Below, one piece after another: positions 22,043 through 32,800 of a stretch of DNA of 64,000 bases (position 1 is the first letter of the stretch; each line of letters starts with the position of its first letter). Under the pieces are notes generated by a model. It was given only the letters and a program-made list of their open reading frames with translations, had not been told where the DNA came from and made no database searches. The position numbers were made by a program, and so were the translations under genes. This DNA comes from an uncultured Armatimonadetes bacterium (lineage in GTDB: Bacteria > Armatimonadota > UBA5829 > DTJY01), in NCBI GenBank assembly GCA_963717145.1, contig OY970325.1, forward strand, positions 1,952,001 through 2,016,000, written 5' to 3'.

Positions 22043-22774
22043 TATTCCCTCCCCCACCTACGGTAAGTCACGGTATCGTACGGCGCAAGAACTCACAATT
22101 GGCGGATGCCGGCGGACAATCCCGTCGAATGGCATCATTCGGAATCATATGGCACACGCCGTCATGAATGGCCCGAGCGAACGGTGGCGACTACCAAGTT
22201 CCCTCACATCCCCGGCTCTTCGGTCAGGATACGCCGAGCAATCTGATCGGATGGTCACATCATTGCGTCCCCTACTACCCTACTGAATGAATAAGACGCA
22301 GAATTCATCTCTGCTGCTTTTTCGACCAAGCATAGTACACGACGCTCGCTAGGTAACAGCGGCTACACGTTAACATACTGATGCACTCAGTGTCAACGCT
22401 GATATGGTAGCACAAGAAGAAACCTCCAGGACTGCTGTGGCCAGACAGGAACAAGCTTGCATTCGTCATCTCCCAGACACGGAACGTGGTTTGAAAACGC
22501 GGACAAGGATTCGAACAGCCGTCTCGGTGTGCCTCCCCGACTGCTCTGGTGTCCGCTTTCGAGAACTCGCCCCCCAGACCCGTAGACTCGACCAGCCGTT
22601 CCTCGCGCATCTGCTTCAGTACCTGCCGTGCCGGTCTGCTCTGCCTCATCGTTCATCTATGTTTACTATGAGTCCCGACGTTCTCACCATACCAAATCAA
22701 ATCCCCTTGCCGCTTTGTTATATCGAGGTCGGGCTTGGCATGATAAGGCGAATCCTGCCGGCAGAACCTGGCCG

Positions 22775-23977
22775 TCATCTTTCCGTGGGCTCGGTCTCGG
22801 GCACATCAACATCGGCTGTCTCTTGATCCACGAAGAGGTCGAGATAGGGTTGGTATGCGAACACACGATTCCTCTTACCAGGGCTGATCTGGCTGATCAG
22901 GCCGGCCTCCTCGAACTGAGTGACCATGTTGTTGGCCGATACCATGGTTACACGCAAGAGATCCTGCGCCGTTTTCACATTTATGATGGGGTTGTAGTAC
23001 AGCTTGTCGAGTAGCCGTAATCCATTCGCAGCGCCCCGGAATCCATCAACCAGTCGCCGATGCTCTTCGCGCAGGCTGATAACCCGCTTTGCCGTATCCG
23101 TCGCTTGACGTGATACCTCATACACCCCCCGAAGAAAGAACTTGAGCCAGCCCTCCCAGTCGCCCTTGAGCCTGACTGCCATCAACCGGTCGTAGTACTC
23201 CTGACGGTTCTGCTTGAAGTAGTAGCTGAGGTAGAGCAATGGCTGACTGAGAATCCCCTGCTCGCACAGCATCAGCGTGATAAGAAGCCGCCCGATGCGG
23301 CCGTTGCCGTCGAGAAATGGGTGGATCGTCTCAAACTGAGCATGCACAAGCCCCATCTTCAGCAAGACCGGCATAGGCGATGGATTGTGTATGAACAACT
23401 CCAGATCACCGATGGCCGTTCCCATTTCCTGCGGTGGAGGTGGGACGAACGTCGCTTGCAGCAAGGAACAGCCGCCGGGGCCGATCCAGTTCTGGCTCTT
23501 CCGAAACTCCCCAGGTTCGCGCTCGCCGCCCCTGACTCCTTCGAGCAATACGGCGTGAATGTCACGAATCAGCCGCAGAGAGATGGGCAGTTCTTGCAGC
23601 CGATCTATGCCGTAGTTGACCGCGCGAACATAATTCACGACCTCGCCGATATCCGCCGGCAGGTTTCGGGTGGCTCGCTCCGACTCATACTCCAGAAGAT
23701 CTACCAGGGAGGCCTGAGTGCCTTCGATCTGCGAACTGAGCACCGCCTCCTTGCGGACGTACATGGCAACGAACAGATCCGGATTGGGCAGAAGCTCGGC
23801 CATCGCGTCCAGGCGCGCCAGTGCCCGGTCTGCGTCGGACATGTGCTTCAGCAGATCCATGTCCATGCTGATCGGCGGGTCGGGCGGGAGAGGCTTGGGG
23901 ATGAATGCTCGATACCGCATCTCGCCGGTCAGTTGGTTTACATATACTCCAGTTCGCGTAGACTCCTGTGTCGTCAT
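22775..23977 (-). CDS. Fic-family protein (Fic_N + Fic + C-terminal HTH)
   Basis: HPFLDGNGRIGR Fic motif; EAVLSSQIEGT. Confidence 0.95.
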   Translation of the reverse strand: MTTQESTRTGVYVNQLTGEMRYRAFIPKPLPPDPPISMDMDLLKHMSDADRALARLDAMAELLPNPDLFVAMYVRKEAVLSSQIEGTQASLVDLLEYESERATRNLPADIGEVVNYVRAVNYGIDRLQELPISLRLIRDIHAVLLEGVRGGEREPGEFRKSQNWIGPGGCSLLQATFVPPPPQEMGTAIGDLELFIHNPSPMPVLLKMGLVHAQFETIHPFLDGNGRIGRLLITLMLCEQGILSQPLLYLSYYFKQNRQEYYDRLMAVRLKGDWEGWLKFFLRGVYEVSRQATDTAKRVISLREEHRRLVDGFRGAANGLRLLDKLYYNPIINVKTAQDLLRVTMVSANNMVTQFEEAGLISQISPGKRNRVFAYQPYLDLFVDQETADVDVPETEPTER

Positions 23978-24132
23978 AGTTCACCTGCGTTTAGCATGCG
24001 AGTGTTCGCGCGTCCATAATAAAGCGCAGACCCGGTTTACTTTACCATGATAGCACTTCCGCCCGGCGGAGTAAAGCGCTGGTTCGCTGTCGCCAATCGC
24101 GGGAATGAGTTGTCCTGGAGACAACTCAGGCA

Positions 24133-24189
24133 TCACTCTTCCTCCTCAGCTCCCCCACCGCTGTCCCGGCCCATGCGGTACTTGATGTC
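24133..24189 (-). pseudogene. 3'-end remnant B of an Eco57I-like R-M methyltransferase gene
   Basis: DIKYRMGRDSGGGAEEEE*. Confidence 0.55.
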
Positions 24190-24211
24190 AGCGGTCTGGC
24201 GTTTGGCAATG

Positions 24212-24255
24212 CAGGCACTCACCAGGTACTCACCAGGTACTCATCAGGTACTCAG
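24212..24255. repeat. 11-bp tandem repeat x4 (CAGGTACTCAC consensus)
   Basis: caggcactcac caggtactcac caggtactcat caggtactcag. Confidence 0.9.
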
Positions 24256-24359
24256 CGGCCGGCAGCAACCGCCCTCTTCAGTATCGGCACGGTTTCGATC
24301 TCCTGCCTGGGCGGCAGATCAGGCAGATCGTTATATGGAATCGAACGATCGTAGACCAT
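24252..24359 (-). pseudogene. 5' fragment of a second Fic-family gene
   Basis: MVYDRSIPYNDLPDLPPRQEIETVPILKRAVAAGR*, a Fic_N-type start that stops at the tandem repeat. Confidence 0.65.
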
Positions 24360-24363
24360 GCAG

Positions 24364-24480
24364 CTATTCCTCATCTCCCTCATCGCCACCCTTGCCCATG
24401 CGGTACTTGATGTCGTAGTTGGTGATGAAGTCCAGTTCCTCGTCCGTGAAGCCGAAGTGCTTGGCCAGGACACGGTCGAT
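24364..24480 (-). pseudogene. 3'-end remnant A of an Eco57I-like R-M methyltransferase gene
   Basis: IDRVLAKHFGFTDEELDFITNYDIKYRMGKGGDEGDEE*. Confidence 0.7.
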
Positions 24481-24710
24481 CTAGCGCATTGCTATCTTGT
24501 ATCCAACTTGGCCAGTACAAGGTTGCCAAGCTCACCTGATAGGAAGGACATCATGGTCTGTTGTCAGGGGTCCTGGATAGGTTCGCGATGGACTCCATGG
24601 CAGCGCGTACCGACACCAGCGGTAGCTACCTGGCGACGTGAGCAAACCCTTCAGCTGGTCCCGTTCAGCAAGTGGACTGCAGTATCCATGATGATCAGCG
24701 GTTCCCGAAC

Positions 24711-24989
24711 CTACTGCTGCTCGTGACCGCTGGCGGCCTGCTTGCGAGCCAGTTGCCCCTTGCCCGCCGCCGTAAGATACCAACGGATGTCACTTGACTC
24801 ACCGATTCGTCCCACAAGACCTTTTTCCTTCAACGTCTCAAGCGTCTTCTTGAGGTCATCCTCTTCTATCGGCCTATCCCGCGTAGGAGGCTGCCGCAAC
24901 CCAGCCAGAATGCCTGGGATGGAGCGCAGCTTGTACTTGGTCGACTTGAGAGCCTTCAGGACTTCCTTCTCTCTCCGATCTAGCGCCAC
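24711..24989 (-). CDS. Small winged-helix-like protein, probably a 5'-truncated remnant
   Basis: LETLKEKGLV...WYLTAAG wHTH-like pattern; frame is closed upstream by TAG at 25005-25007. Confidence 0.45.
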   Translation of the reverse strand: MALDRREKEVLKALKSTKYKLRSIPGILAGLRQPPTRDRPIEEDDLKKTLETLKEKGLVGRIGESSDIRWYLTAAGKGQLARKQAASGHEQQ

Positions 24990-25008
24990 AAGCCGCTCAG
25001 ATTCCTAG

Positions 25009-26551
25009 CCGAAGACCGGAGTTCGAGCGCATGTTGGAGATGGCGAAGTCTGACCGTCAGGTGACGGCCATTCTTGTCCACGATCTCTCCCGATTCTCAA
25101 GGGACAGCTATGACGCCAAGGGGTGGATTCGTGAACTCACCAAGGCAGGCGTCCGCGTTATCTCCCTTAGCGACCCTTACATCGATCCCGAGTCGGTGGC
25201 AGGTGTCTACATGGAGGCGATCACCTTCGCCAAGAACGAGGCATACAGCCGGGAGATCGCTTTCCACACGAAGAAGGGCTGTCGCTCGAACATTCAGACT
25301 CGTGACGAGGAAACCGGCTGGTGCTACAAGAACGGCGGTCAGCCCATGTGGGGCTATCGCTCGGAACGTCTTCAGCGAGGACAGATGAAGAAGAACCGCC
25401 CGCTCATCAAGTGCATCTGGGTATTGGACGATACCGTAATGGCGGGAAAGCAGGTTCATGAATGGGCAAAGGACTGCCTTGAACTGGCCTTGCAGGGCGC
25501 GTCCCTCGATGACCTCCGAGACTACTGCAACGATCACGGCATCCCTGCTCCTCGACAGCAATATTGGGGTTCGACGACTTGGAACAGCCTCCTCCATCCA
25601 CATTCCCTGCTGCAGTACGCCGGGTACGGTGTCTGGAATGTCCGGGGCAAGAACCAGCGCTGGAACCCGCCCAGTGAGTGGGTTCTCGTGCCCAATGCCC
25701 ATCCGGCGCTCATAACAGAGGAGGAGGCGAAGGCCATACTCGAACGTCGCCAGGGTAAGTCCACGAGGAGATTCGACAAAGGATCGAACCGCAGCCAAAG
25801 CTCTCCATACCTGCTGAGTGGAGGCATGTTCACATGTGGCCAGTGCGGAAGCAACATGGTCGGTTTCATGAAGAACCGGGACAGCCACTACTACATCTGC
25901 AATACCCACCCGAACAGGAAGGGACTAGGCTGTGGACCTAGCGTCTACGTGCCGAAGGACGAGATCGAGAGCGCAGTGATCTCAGGGCTAAGAAATGTCC
26001 TCTCCGTCTGTGCAGACCCGAAGGGCATGATACGCGATGTCAACGATGAGTTGCGGGGTATCTGGGAGGAATCCCACGGGATCGACCCAGCCGTTGAACT
26101 CCACCTATCGGAAGCAGAGGCGAAGATCGCCAACATCAGGAAGGCGATCGAGGAAGGCTTAGCCGATACCGCATGGGCAAACCAGCGCCTACGGGAGCTG
26201 CTCTCCGAACGCGAGCAGTTCGCCTCCATGCTCAAGACCACACAGCAGCCTCCACAGATTGACATTGAGTCAGCAAGGGCACACGGACGACTAGTAGATC
26301 AGGTATTCGCCGAAGGCAGTCCGGCGGAGAAAAAGCGGGCAATAAGGCCGTGGGTGGCACAACTAAAACTGGCTCCGGAAGACCTGGCGATCGATATTCT
26401 CTACCAGATCCCGGAGCCGGTTGTAGTTAGCATGGGAGCGGGGGCATGCTCCGAAGGCTTCAACAATCTCCTCGGGAAGACGGAGTCCGTGACCTTCCTC
26501 TACTATCCGGGCACGTGCAACCGCCCGCCGAGGTTGGAGGTCGTGAGCTAG
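25009..26551 (+). pseudogene. Large serine recombinase lacking the N-terminal catalytic segment
   Basis: RRPEFERML...VHDLSRFSR, GG.PMWGY, HPALIT, YLLSGGMFTCGQCG zinc ribbon, coiled coil. No YxRxS motif found upstream in frame. Confidence 0.8.
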
Positions 26552-26822
26552 GGCATGCTCCGTCAGTATGCACCGCCAGTGCTCGCGGCTTGGATGATCA
26601 GGCGGTGTCGGTTAGCGAAGAATGGCCCTGCCGTCCGTCCTATCTGCGAGGGATGATGTCGAAGATATGAGCGCGCCGCCCGGACGGCACGTCATATCGC
26701 CCCATACCCGTTCTGGTGGTACGACTTAGCAGGCAGCTCGTAGTCCGCTCAGGGCGTCACGGAATTGTCCCATTCCCGATCTCCAGTCCTCGGATGGCTC
26801 TATGCCTTCTCTCAGGTATGGA

Positions 26823-26853
26823 AGAGGGGGAGAAGTGGATCTTCTCCCCCTCT
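26823..26853 (-). terminator. Perfect 13-bp stem hairpin just downstream of the M6 protease gene
   Basis: AGAGGGGGAGAAG-tggat-CTTCTCCCCCTCT; U-tract weak. Confidence 0.55.
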
Positions 26854-26862
26854 CGTTGTCTG

Positions 26863-29800
26863 CTACCTTGCCAGGCACTCGGCATAGAAGTCGTCGTAGA
26901 GATAGAGCATCTCTTGGTTACTCATCCACACCCCTGCTCTGCCTGCCGGAAGCGGAGATGTATCGGTGGCAACCAGACTCCAGGTCGCGGGTTCGTTCGT
27001 ACCGAAGCCCCAATGCTTGGCTTTTATGGTATCGCCTTCTACCTTGATCCGCAATACCGCCTGCGATGAGCTTTGCTCCACGTCCTCGGAATCAAGAACA
27101 GTCCTGACCCCACTCTCGTATCTCTCCAGACGGCACTCGGCGTCCGTCACGGACCATGTGACGGCATAGAAGGTATTGTAGCTGCTCGCCCTCACAATCA
27201 GGGCAGCAGTACCGCCGAAGTCGGCTGTTTCCAGCTCTACGGTGGCATCCATGTCGATGGCCCTCTGAGTGAGGAGGGAGGTGCCGGCCGTCATACCGCC
27301 GAATCCAGGCTCCACACAGGCCCTGTCGTTGCTTACATAGAGACACACCGTCTGGTTCCAGGGGTCTCCAGTCAGGAAGTTCAGAGAACTCCAAGGACCG
27401 CCGAGGTCAGCCGTGCCCCAGGTGTCCCATAGGGAACGAGTAAACGAATCCCGGCCCAGGATGCGGAAGTTCCCGGATCTCTGGTTGTCTCCATGGAAGG
27501 TAGGCCATGGGAACAGGTTGGCAGGTTTGCCGGAGGTATCGCCGGCAACTTCCCAACGGTAGACTCGTCCGTTATCAGTGGCAGCCACGATGTCCCAGTA
27601 GCCGTCTCCATCCATGTTACCGACGGCAGCAGTCGATCGCACAGGTCCAGTTACAGTCTTCGGCCATCCGCTCAGAACGGTCGCATCGTTGTTGAACGCA
27701 TGGACCTTGCCGTCATATGACCCGACGATGACTTCCAGGGCATCATCGCCGTCGATATCGGCAAGCACTGGCGACGATGAGCGATAGGTGTAGTCTTGAG
27801 GTACGCTCGCCCCGAGGTTCGGTACTGGATACCATCCCGACGTCAGCGAGCCTGCCGGGCTTCGACTTACTACATAGCCATTGTCTATGACGTACACGAT
27901 ATCCAATGCCCCATTGCAGTCAATGTCACCGATGGCTGGGGAGGACTGAATGCCCGTATTCTTGAGATGCGGCCATCCAGACAGGTACTGACCGTACCGG
28001 TCCAGAACTGCGACCGCAGACTGTCCTCCACCTCCATAGCGGTGAGTCGTCACCACTATCTCCAGCTTGCCGTCGTTGTTGACGTTGGCGAGAGCCGGGC
28101 TGCTCGTGATCGCGCCCAGCTGCAGGCCGTACTCAAACTCCGGCCAGGTCTCGAGTGGCGTGCCATCGGCCTCCCAGACCCACAGGAACCCAGCGGAGTC
28201 ACCTGCGACGACTTCCAGAGTGCCGTCACCGTCGATGTCGCCCAGTGCCGGAGTCCCGTACACGGGATCCCCCGCATTCTGCGGCCACCCTGTGAGCATC
28301 GTTCCATCGTACTCATAAGCAGCCACGGCCATGTAGCCTGAGCCGAGCACTATCTCCAGTGTCCCGTCATTGTTCAGATCTCCCAAGGCGGGGCTTGAGT
28401 AATAGACGCCATCGTCGTGTGAGGTCGGCCACCCGGACATCAGAGTGCCGTCCGACTCGAACGCATACGCCGTTCCGTCGCCGACAGCTACTACTTCGAG
28501 TTGCCCATCGGCATCGATATCTCCCACAGACGCAGCGTCGTTTATCGCGCCGGCGAGAGTCTTGGGCCAGCCGGACAACTCACTCCCATCGGCCTCGAAC
28601 GCATGGAGGACGCCATCCTCGGAACCGACGATGGTCTCATCCTGTCCATCTCCATCCAGGTCCGCGAGAGTCGTGCAGCCGGTGACTCCGTCAGTGAGCT
28701 GCAGCACGTCAGCAGTCACCGACGTAAGCCCGCCGGTATCTGAGGAAGCGCTATACTTTCCGGTGCCGGCGAACTCCACTGTGACCGTGAATGTGCCTGT
28801 TTCTGTCGGTGTGTAGTTCACTTCAGCGACACCCGACTCATCCGTGCTCGACGATCCGACTGTAGTGCCTTCCACCTTGAAGACGAGCGTCTTGTTGGCG
28901 AGAGGCGCGTTGCAGTCAGTTCGCTTCAGCACTGCACTCAGAGTCACCTCTTCGTCCTCGTGTGTCCAAGTGTCCGATACCGTGACACTGGTCGCGAGCG
29001 TACTGAAGTTATGATCGAAAAAGCCCGTTCTCTCATTGTTGCCGTGGAACGTGGTCCATGGGAACAGGTCGGCCGGATTGTACGCGGTGTTCCCACCGAT
29101 CTCCCAGCGATACAACCCTCCGTCATTGGACCCAACGACCACTTCCCAGAGGCCGTCACCGTCCAGGTTGCCTACTGCGGGAGTCGATTTGATCGGTCCC
29201 CCTGTCGCCTTGGGCCAGCCCGAAATGAGAGATCCGTTTGAGTCGAAGGCATAGAGCTTGCCGTCTTCACACCCAACCAGAACCTCGAGGAGCGAGTCGC
29301 CATCGAAGTCGGCCAGGATCGGGGACGACTGCCTGGCTGAGTAGTCATAGGGCGTGACAGTACCCATATCGGGCACCGTCCAGCCGGATGTCAGCGCTCC
29401 CGAGGCAGTGATCGAGTAAACCCGACCATTCATGCCGACGAACACGATATCTACCGCGCCGTTGCCGTCAACATCGCCAATCGCAGGAGAGGCCAGGATG
29501 TCTGTGGCGGGGTTGAGTGGCCAGCCACTGACGTACGACCCATCCTCGTTGAGCGCTATGAAGTGACCTCCCAAGCCCCATTTGGTCGTGCCGAGAACGA
29601 TCTCCGTCTTGCCGTCATTATCGAGATCGACCAGAGCAGGACCGGCTAAGTAGGCTCCGAGTCCCAGCCTGAGAAGACGATCCTGGAAATTGGGGTCTGT
29701 AGGCCAGGTTGAGAGAATGGAACCGTCTCCATTCCATACACAGATGGCACCGGAAACGTCGCCGGCAACCACTTCCAGATGGTCGTCTCCATCTATGTCT

Positions 29801-32800
29801 CCCAGTGCGGGTGTGCACTCTACCTTTTCAGTCATAGACTTGGGCCACCCGGTGGCGACACTACCGTTCGAGTTGAACGCACACACACCGTACATCGTGC
29901 CTACGACAACCTCCAGGAGGTCATCTCCATCTATGTCACCCAGCACCGGAACTGTGAGCGGACTGGTGGCTTCGTTTCCTCCAGCGGTGAACATGGTGCT
30001 TCCATCGGCTCTGAGTGCGTAGAGCAGTTCGGGGCCCGAAACCACGATCTCAGGTGCATCGTCTGCATCCAGATCGCCGACTGCAGGGGCGTGATTGAGG
30101 GGAACCCCAAGATCAGCTATCTCGGTTGCGGTTCCATCTGCGCTCACCTTCAGTACCTGACCCTCACCGGTGCAGATAATGGCTTCGAAGACACCGTCGT
30201 CGTCCAGATCCGCGATCGCCGGTGACGAGTACACCTTCTCGTCGCTCACTACAACCGGCCAGCCATTCTGGACCGCAGCCATGACGTAGCCGCTGATCGT
30301 ATCGGATGTCAGTCCGGTACTCTCGGCAGTCACCTCCACCTGACCGGGTACCGATCCCGCGCGCAGAGTGATCTCGACCTGGCCATCGGTCGGCGTGGCC
30401 GGATTGGAGCCCTCGAAGGTGCAGAGACTCGCCCCCTCCGAGAGGGTGAAGGTAACGGGATTCGTCGCTGCTTCCGCGACTCGGTCGTACTCATCGAGCA
30501 GGATGGCACTCAGTATCATTGTCTCCGTGCCATCTGCGTGCAGCCTGATCATCTGCTGCTCGATATCTATCCACGTTGCGGGCCTCGGGGTTGCCACGAA
30601 GCTGCCGAGAGCATTGCTGCCTATCGCCGTGATGCCCAGATCATTGGTCACCCCGGTAGCTCCCAACGTGTATTCCGTGTCGGGCGTCTGCTCATCGGTA
30701 GTCAGCCGGATGGTCAGCGGGTCCTGGGAGAAAACAGATGCGGAGAGCACATCGATGCCGGCGTTGATATAGTAGTTGGCGGCATCGAGGGCACTGTCTT
30801 CATCCACTTCGCCCGAGAAGACGACATCGATATGAGTATCGTCCACCCAGAGAACCAGGCTGACCGAGGGCCTGCTGCTGACCAGAACGGTGCTCGGATC
30901 CGGATCGATCGCCCCTCCGGCCAGACCGACGACATCGCTGACTTCCAGGGTGTTGCCGGGAATGAGCCACTGAACGCTCACCACCGTTTCGTTGCCGAAG
31001 TTCAGCAGCGACGACCAGGGGAGCGGATTGGAGTCCCGCTCGTATGTGCCACTCTGAGTATTCACCGGCCGGCTGAAGAGCACGTCTGCATAGCCGCTTG
31101 CTGAACTGCAGCAGCCCAGCAGCGTCAACGCATCGGTGTTGAATGAGCACGTGTCCTGCGCAACGGGATTCCCTGCCAAGTCGGTGATTCCTGACATGGT
31201 AACCGTGTATGTGAGGTCGCTTGTCAGCGAAGATGTGGTCAGAGTTACCTCGGTCCGATCCGGGCGCTCGACCGCTACCGCGCTCGACACCGTGGCACCG
31301 TTGTCGAGCTGGTAGTTCGTAGATATCTCGCTGGTCGTGGGGTCCAGTCGTTCGGTGAACCATAGCTGGACATGCGTCGCGTCCGAATGGTAGGCGTTCA
31401 TGACCCCGGGGCCGGTCATCTCCGGACCAACGCCTGACTTCCTGGCGTTCTGCTGGAATACGGGCCACATCAACGCGTCATCCGTATACGACTCATGGAT
31501 CTCCCAGCAGTTGATCTTAGACTCATCGGACATGAGCACCTCGAGGTACCCATCCCCGTCGATATCCGCAATGCTGGGAGCAGTCCCCCCCGAAGACTCG
31601 CCGAGGGGCAGCGGCCAGCCCGGTGGCTCAAGGCCGTTTGCTTTCTTTGCATGGAGAACCTGATCGTACGGCGCGGTGAATAGTATCTCACCGCAGCCGT
31701 CATCATCAAGATCGACTATGCTGGGAGCGCCAAGTGTGCTCGCAGACGATATGGGTTGATGCTCAGTTCCATCCAGAGCGAATGTACGAATTCCACTCAT
31801 CTTGGAGAGCACTATTTCCGGCAGATCGCTGTCACGCACGTTGCCGACGGCCATTCCATGGGTGGGCCCGTAACCCGTACTCACAGGCCAGTCGGATCCC
31901 GAAGGCGGCGTTGCGTTTGCCTTCAAAGCGGTGATTCCGAATGTCCACGATACCACTGCCTCCAGTGCGCCGTCCGAGTCCACATCCACCAGAATGGGGA
32001 TGCCGCACGGCCCGCCCAGATCAACGGGCCAGGAGGTGTTGATCAGCGCGCCATCCTGATCCCACGCGTAGACGTTTGATCCGGCGCAGGCGATCACGGA
32101 CATGGTGCCGTTGCCCTCGATGTCTCCCACGACGGCGACTCCGGGACTCGTACTATCCGTATCCGCCTGCCAAAGGAGCTTGCCGTCTGCGCGATACGCC
32201 ACCATAGCTCCCTGATCGCTCCCAACAAGGATCTCATCCACGCCGTCACCATCGAGATCCGCGAGCACAAGTCCGGTACACAGGCCGGACAGAGGTAGAT
32301 GCTGTGGCCATCCTGCAACGGCCCTTCCATAGTGCGTCCATGCGTATATCGAGCCTTCGCTCGTGGCGGCAACGACCTCCGGCCTCGCATCTCCGTTCAG
32401 GTCGCCTGCAGCCAACTGAGAGACGGATCCGTCACAGAACGTGCCGATTTGGACCCAGCCTGGCAGGTCTTCCATCTGGGAGTTCTTCGCGCGAAGCGTC
32501 CAGCAATCCACCCCTGATCTAGCCGAGTAGACGATGTCCTGGACGCCATCGCAGTCAAGATCGGCCAGGAGGACCGTTGTCCCCTGATATGTCATCAGCG
32601 GCCAGCCCGCTTCGTTGGTTACGGACGCTACAGTCACGAGCTCGGATTCGATCGGGAACCCGGCGCTGTCCACACTCTTCCCGGATTCGACCTGCACGTC
32701 AGACGACGAAGCGATCCGTATACCGAACTGATCTCCCAGGTCGGCCATTTCAGAGCCTTCGCAAACGAGCAGCAGATGACTCTCTTCCGCGCCGCTCACG

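Noticed and set aside
22305-22656. Short - strand ORFs; ARQVLKQMREERLVESTGLG resembles an HTH tail
   Set aside because: Too short and degenerate to support a call
24212-24255. CRISPR array
   Set aside because: 11-bp units with no spacers; no cas genes
26430-26470. tRNA fragment at the recombinase 3' end
   Set aside because: No recognisable T-loop or cloverleaf on either strand
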